Assembly: GCA_965140705.1 (NCBI GenBank)
Contig: OZ223302.1
Coordinates: 64,001-128,000, forward strand
DNA length: 64,000 nucleotides
Direction of reading: 5' to 3'
Source of the DNA: an uncultured Arcobacter sp.
GTDB lineage: Bacteria; Campylobacterota; Campylobacteria; Campylobacterales; Arcobacteraceae
Numbering within the stretch: the first letter of the stretch is position 1; each line of letters begins with the position of its first letter. This document shows, in pieces, positions 62,983-64,000 of this stretch. Both the position numbers and the translations under genes were made by a program. The notes below the pieces were generated by a model. The model had not been told where the DNA came from, did no database searches, and worked only from the letters and a program-made list of their open reading frames with translations.

Positions 62983-63717
62983 ATGATTACAAATAAATTG
63001 CAGCATATTAATAATAAAGTTTTACTTGATAAAATTCTTAAAGATATAAATGTCATGTATATAGAAGATGAAGTTAATATCAGAATGAATATAACTAAAA
63101 CTCTAAAACTTATTGTGAATAATGTTTTTGACCTTCCAGATACAATAAATGCACTTGAAATATTAAATAATAAAGAAGTTGATTTAATTATTTGTGATAT
63201 TAATTTGCCTAAACAGAATGGAATTGATTTTATTAAGATTATTCGACAAAATTTTCCAAAACTACCAACTATTTTATTAAGTGCTTCAACTGACAAAAAG
63301 TATTTGCTAGAAGCCACAAGATTAAAATTGATTGATTATTTAGTTAAACCAATTGATTTTACTGTTCTTCAAAATGCTTTATATAAAGTTGCACTTGAGA
63401 TATTAGAAGAAGGTAAATATATACTTAAATTTAAAGATGATATTTATTATAACTACTTAGAAAAAAAACTATATAAACAAGATATTGAAAATGATATTCC
63501 TCTAACTTCAAATGAAATTTTATTATTGGACTTTTTAATTATTAATGATCAAAGACTTATATCACAAGAAGAGATAAAAGCTACTATTTGGGATAATGAA
63601 GAGTATGCTACTGATTCTGCATTAAAAAACTTAATTAGTAAATTACGAAAAAAGATAGGTAAAAATAGTATTATAAATACATCTGGATTTGGCTACAAAA
63701 TAAACTATAATAGTTGA
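62983..63717 (+). CDS. OmpR/PhoB-family response regulator, divergent from the T1SS operon
   Basis: YIEDE, LIICDINLPKQNG, ILLSA, YLVKP; winged helix LTSNEILLL...ALKNLISKLRKK...GFGYK. Confidence 0.93.
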   Translation: MITNKLQHINNKVLLDKILKDINVMYIEDEVNIRMNITKTLKLIVNNVFDLPDTINALEILNNKEVDLIICDINLPKQNGIDFIKIIRQNFPKLPTILLSASTDKKYLLEATRLKLIDYLVKPIDFTVLQNALYKVALEILEEGKYILKFKDDIYYNYLEKKLYKQDIENDIPLTSNEILLLDFLIINDQRLISQEEIKATIWDNEEYATDSALKNLISKLRKKIGKNSIINTSGFGYKINYNS

Positions 63718-63760
63718 TTTATTATAGTCTATTTTTATAAAGTTTATTTTCTATTTCTTT

Positions 63761-64000
63761 TTAAAAGATTCAATAATAGAACTATCAGAATCACTTATCA
63801 AACTATTTAAATCTTCTTGTGTAGTCTTATTTTGTTTATCTGGTGCAAACTCTATTATTCTTGGTTTTACCTCTTCACAGTTTTGATTCTTTGATTCTAA
63901 TATATTATCTGTCAATGATGAGAAATTATACATTAATTGATAATAGTTTACTATTCTATTATATTCTAAATCTATTAATGTTTTTACTGATTCGAACAGT
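63761..64000. repeat. Exact direct repeat of 61486-61725 (internal tolC fragment), running off the window end
   Basis: TTAAAAGATTCAATAATAGAACTATC...GATTCGAACAGT appears identical at offset 2275; the ORF track gives the same peptide, cut at IIESFK. Confidence 0.95.

Noticed and set aside
1..64000. tRNA, rRNA or transposase genes
   Set aside because: None recognisable by eye; a covariance-model or HMM scan would be needed to exclude them formally

Overview
The window has two parts. Bases 1 to ~57,010 are gene-dense, very AT-rich ciliate-type nuclear DNA with short GT-AG introns (about 20-45 nt; one Myb intron is longer). The supplied standard-code ORF track fragments these genes because the genetic code is non-standard. 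TAA/TAG encode Gln. TGA occupies invariant Trp positions inside conserved domains (casein kinase 1, P4-ATPase, Myb) and is also the stop codon at every protein end I can recognise (Hsp90 ...MEEVD-TGA, COMMD4, Alba). This is an ambiguous code with no dedicated stop codon. Recognisable genes: ankyrin-repeat protein, COMMD4, AT-hook/protein kinase, Alba, P4-ATPase flippase, a 3R-Myb family (one dispersed copy plus a tandem cluster), hybrid histidine kinase, CK1, Hsp90 with an upstream heat-shock element, a ~14 kb golgin-like coiled-coil gene with internal repeats, a RING protein and several hypotheticals. From ~57,010 to the end the sequence switches abruptly to intron-less bacterial DNA in the standard code, Arcobacteraceae-like by my recognition: a TolC(+SPOR)/ABC/HlyD type I secretion operon, a truncated WG-repeat lipoprotein and an OmpR-family regulator, followed by an exact restart of part of tolC. 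The join is most likely chimeric (symbiont, prey or contaminant DNA) rather than domesticated HGT. Exon boundaries and ends of hypothetical genes were read by eye and are approximate.
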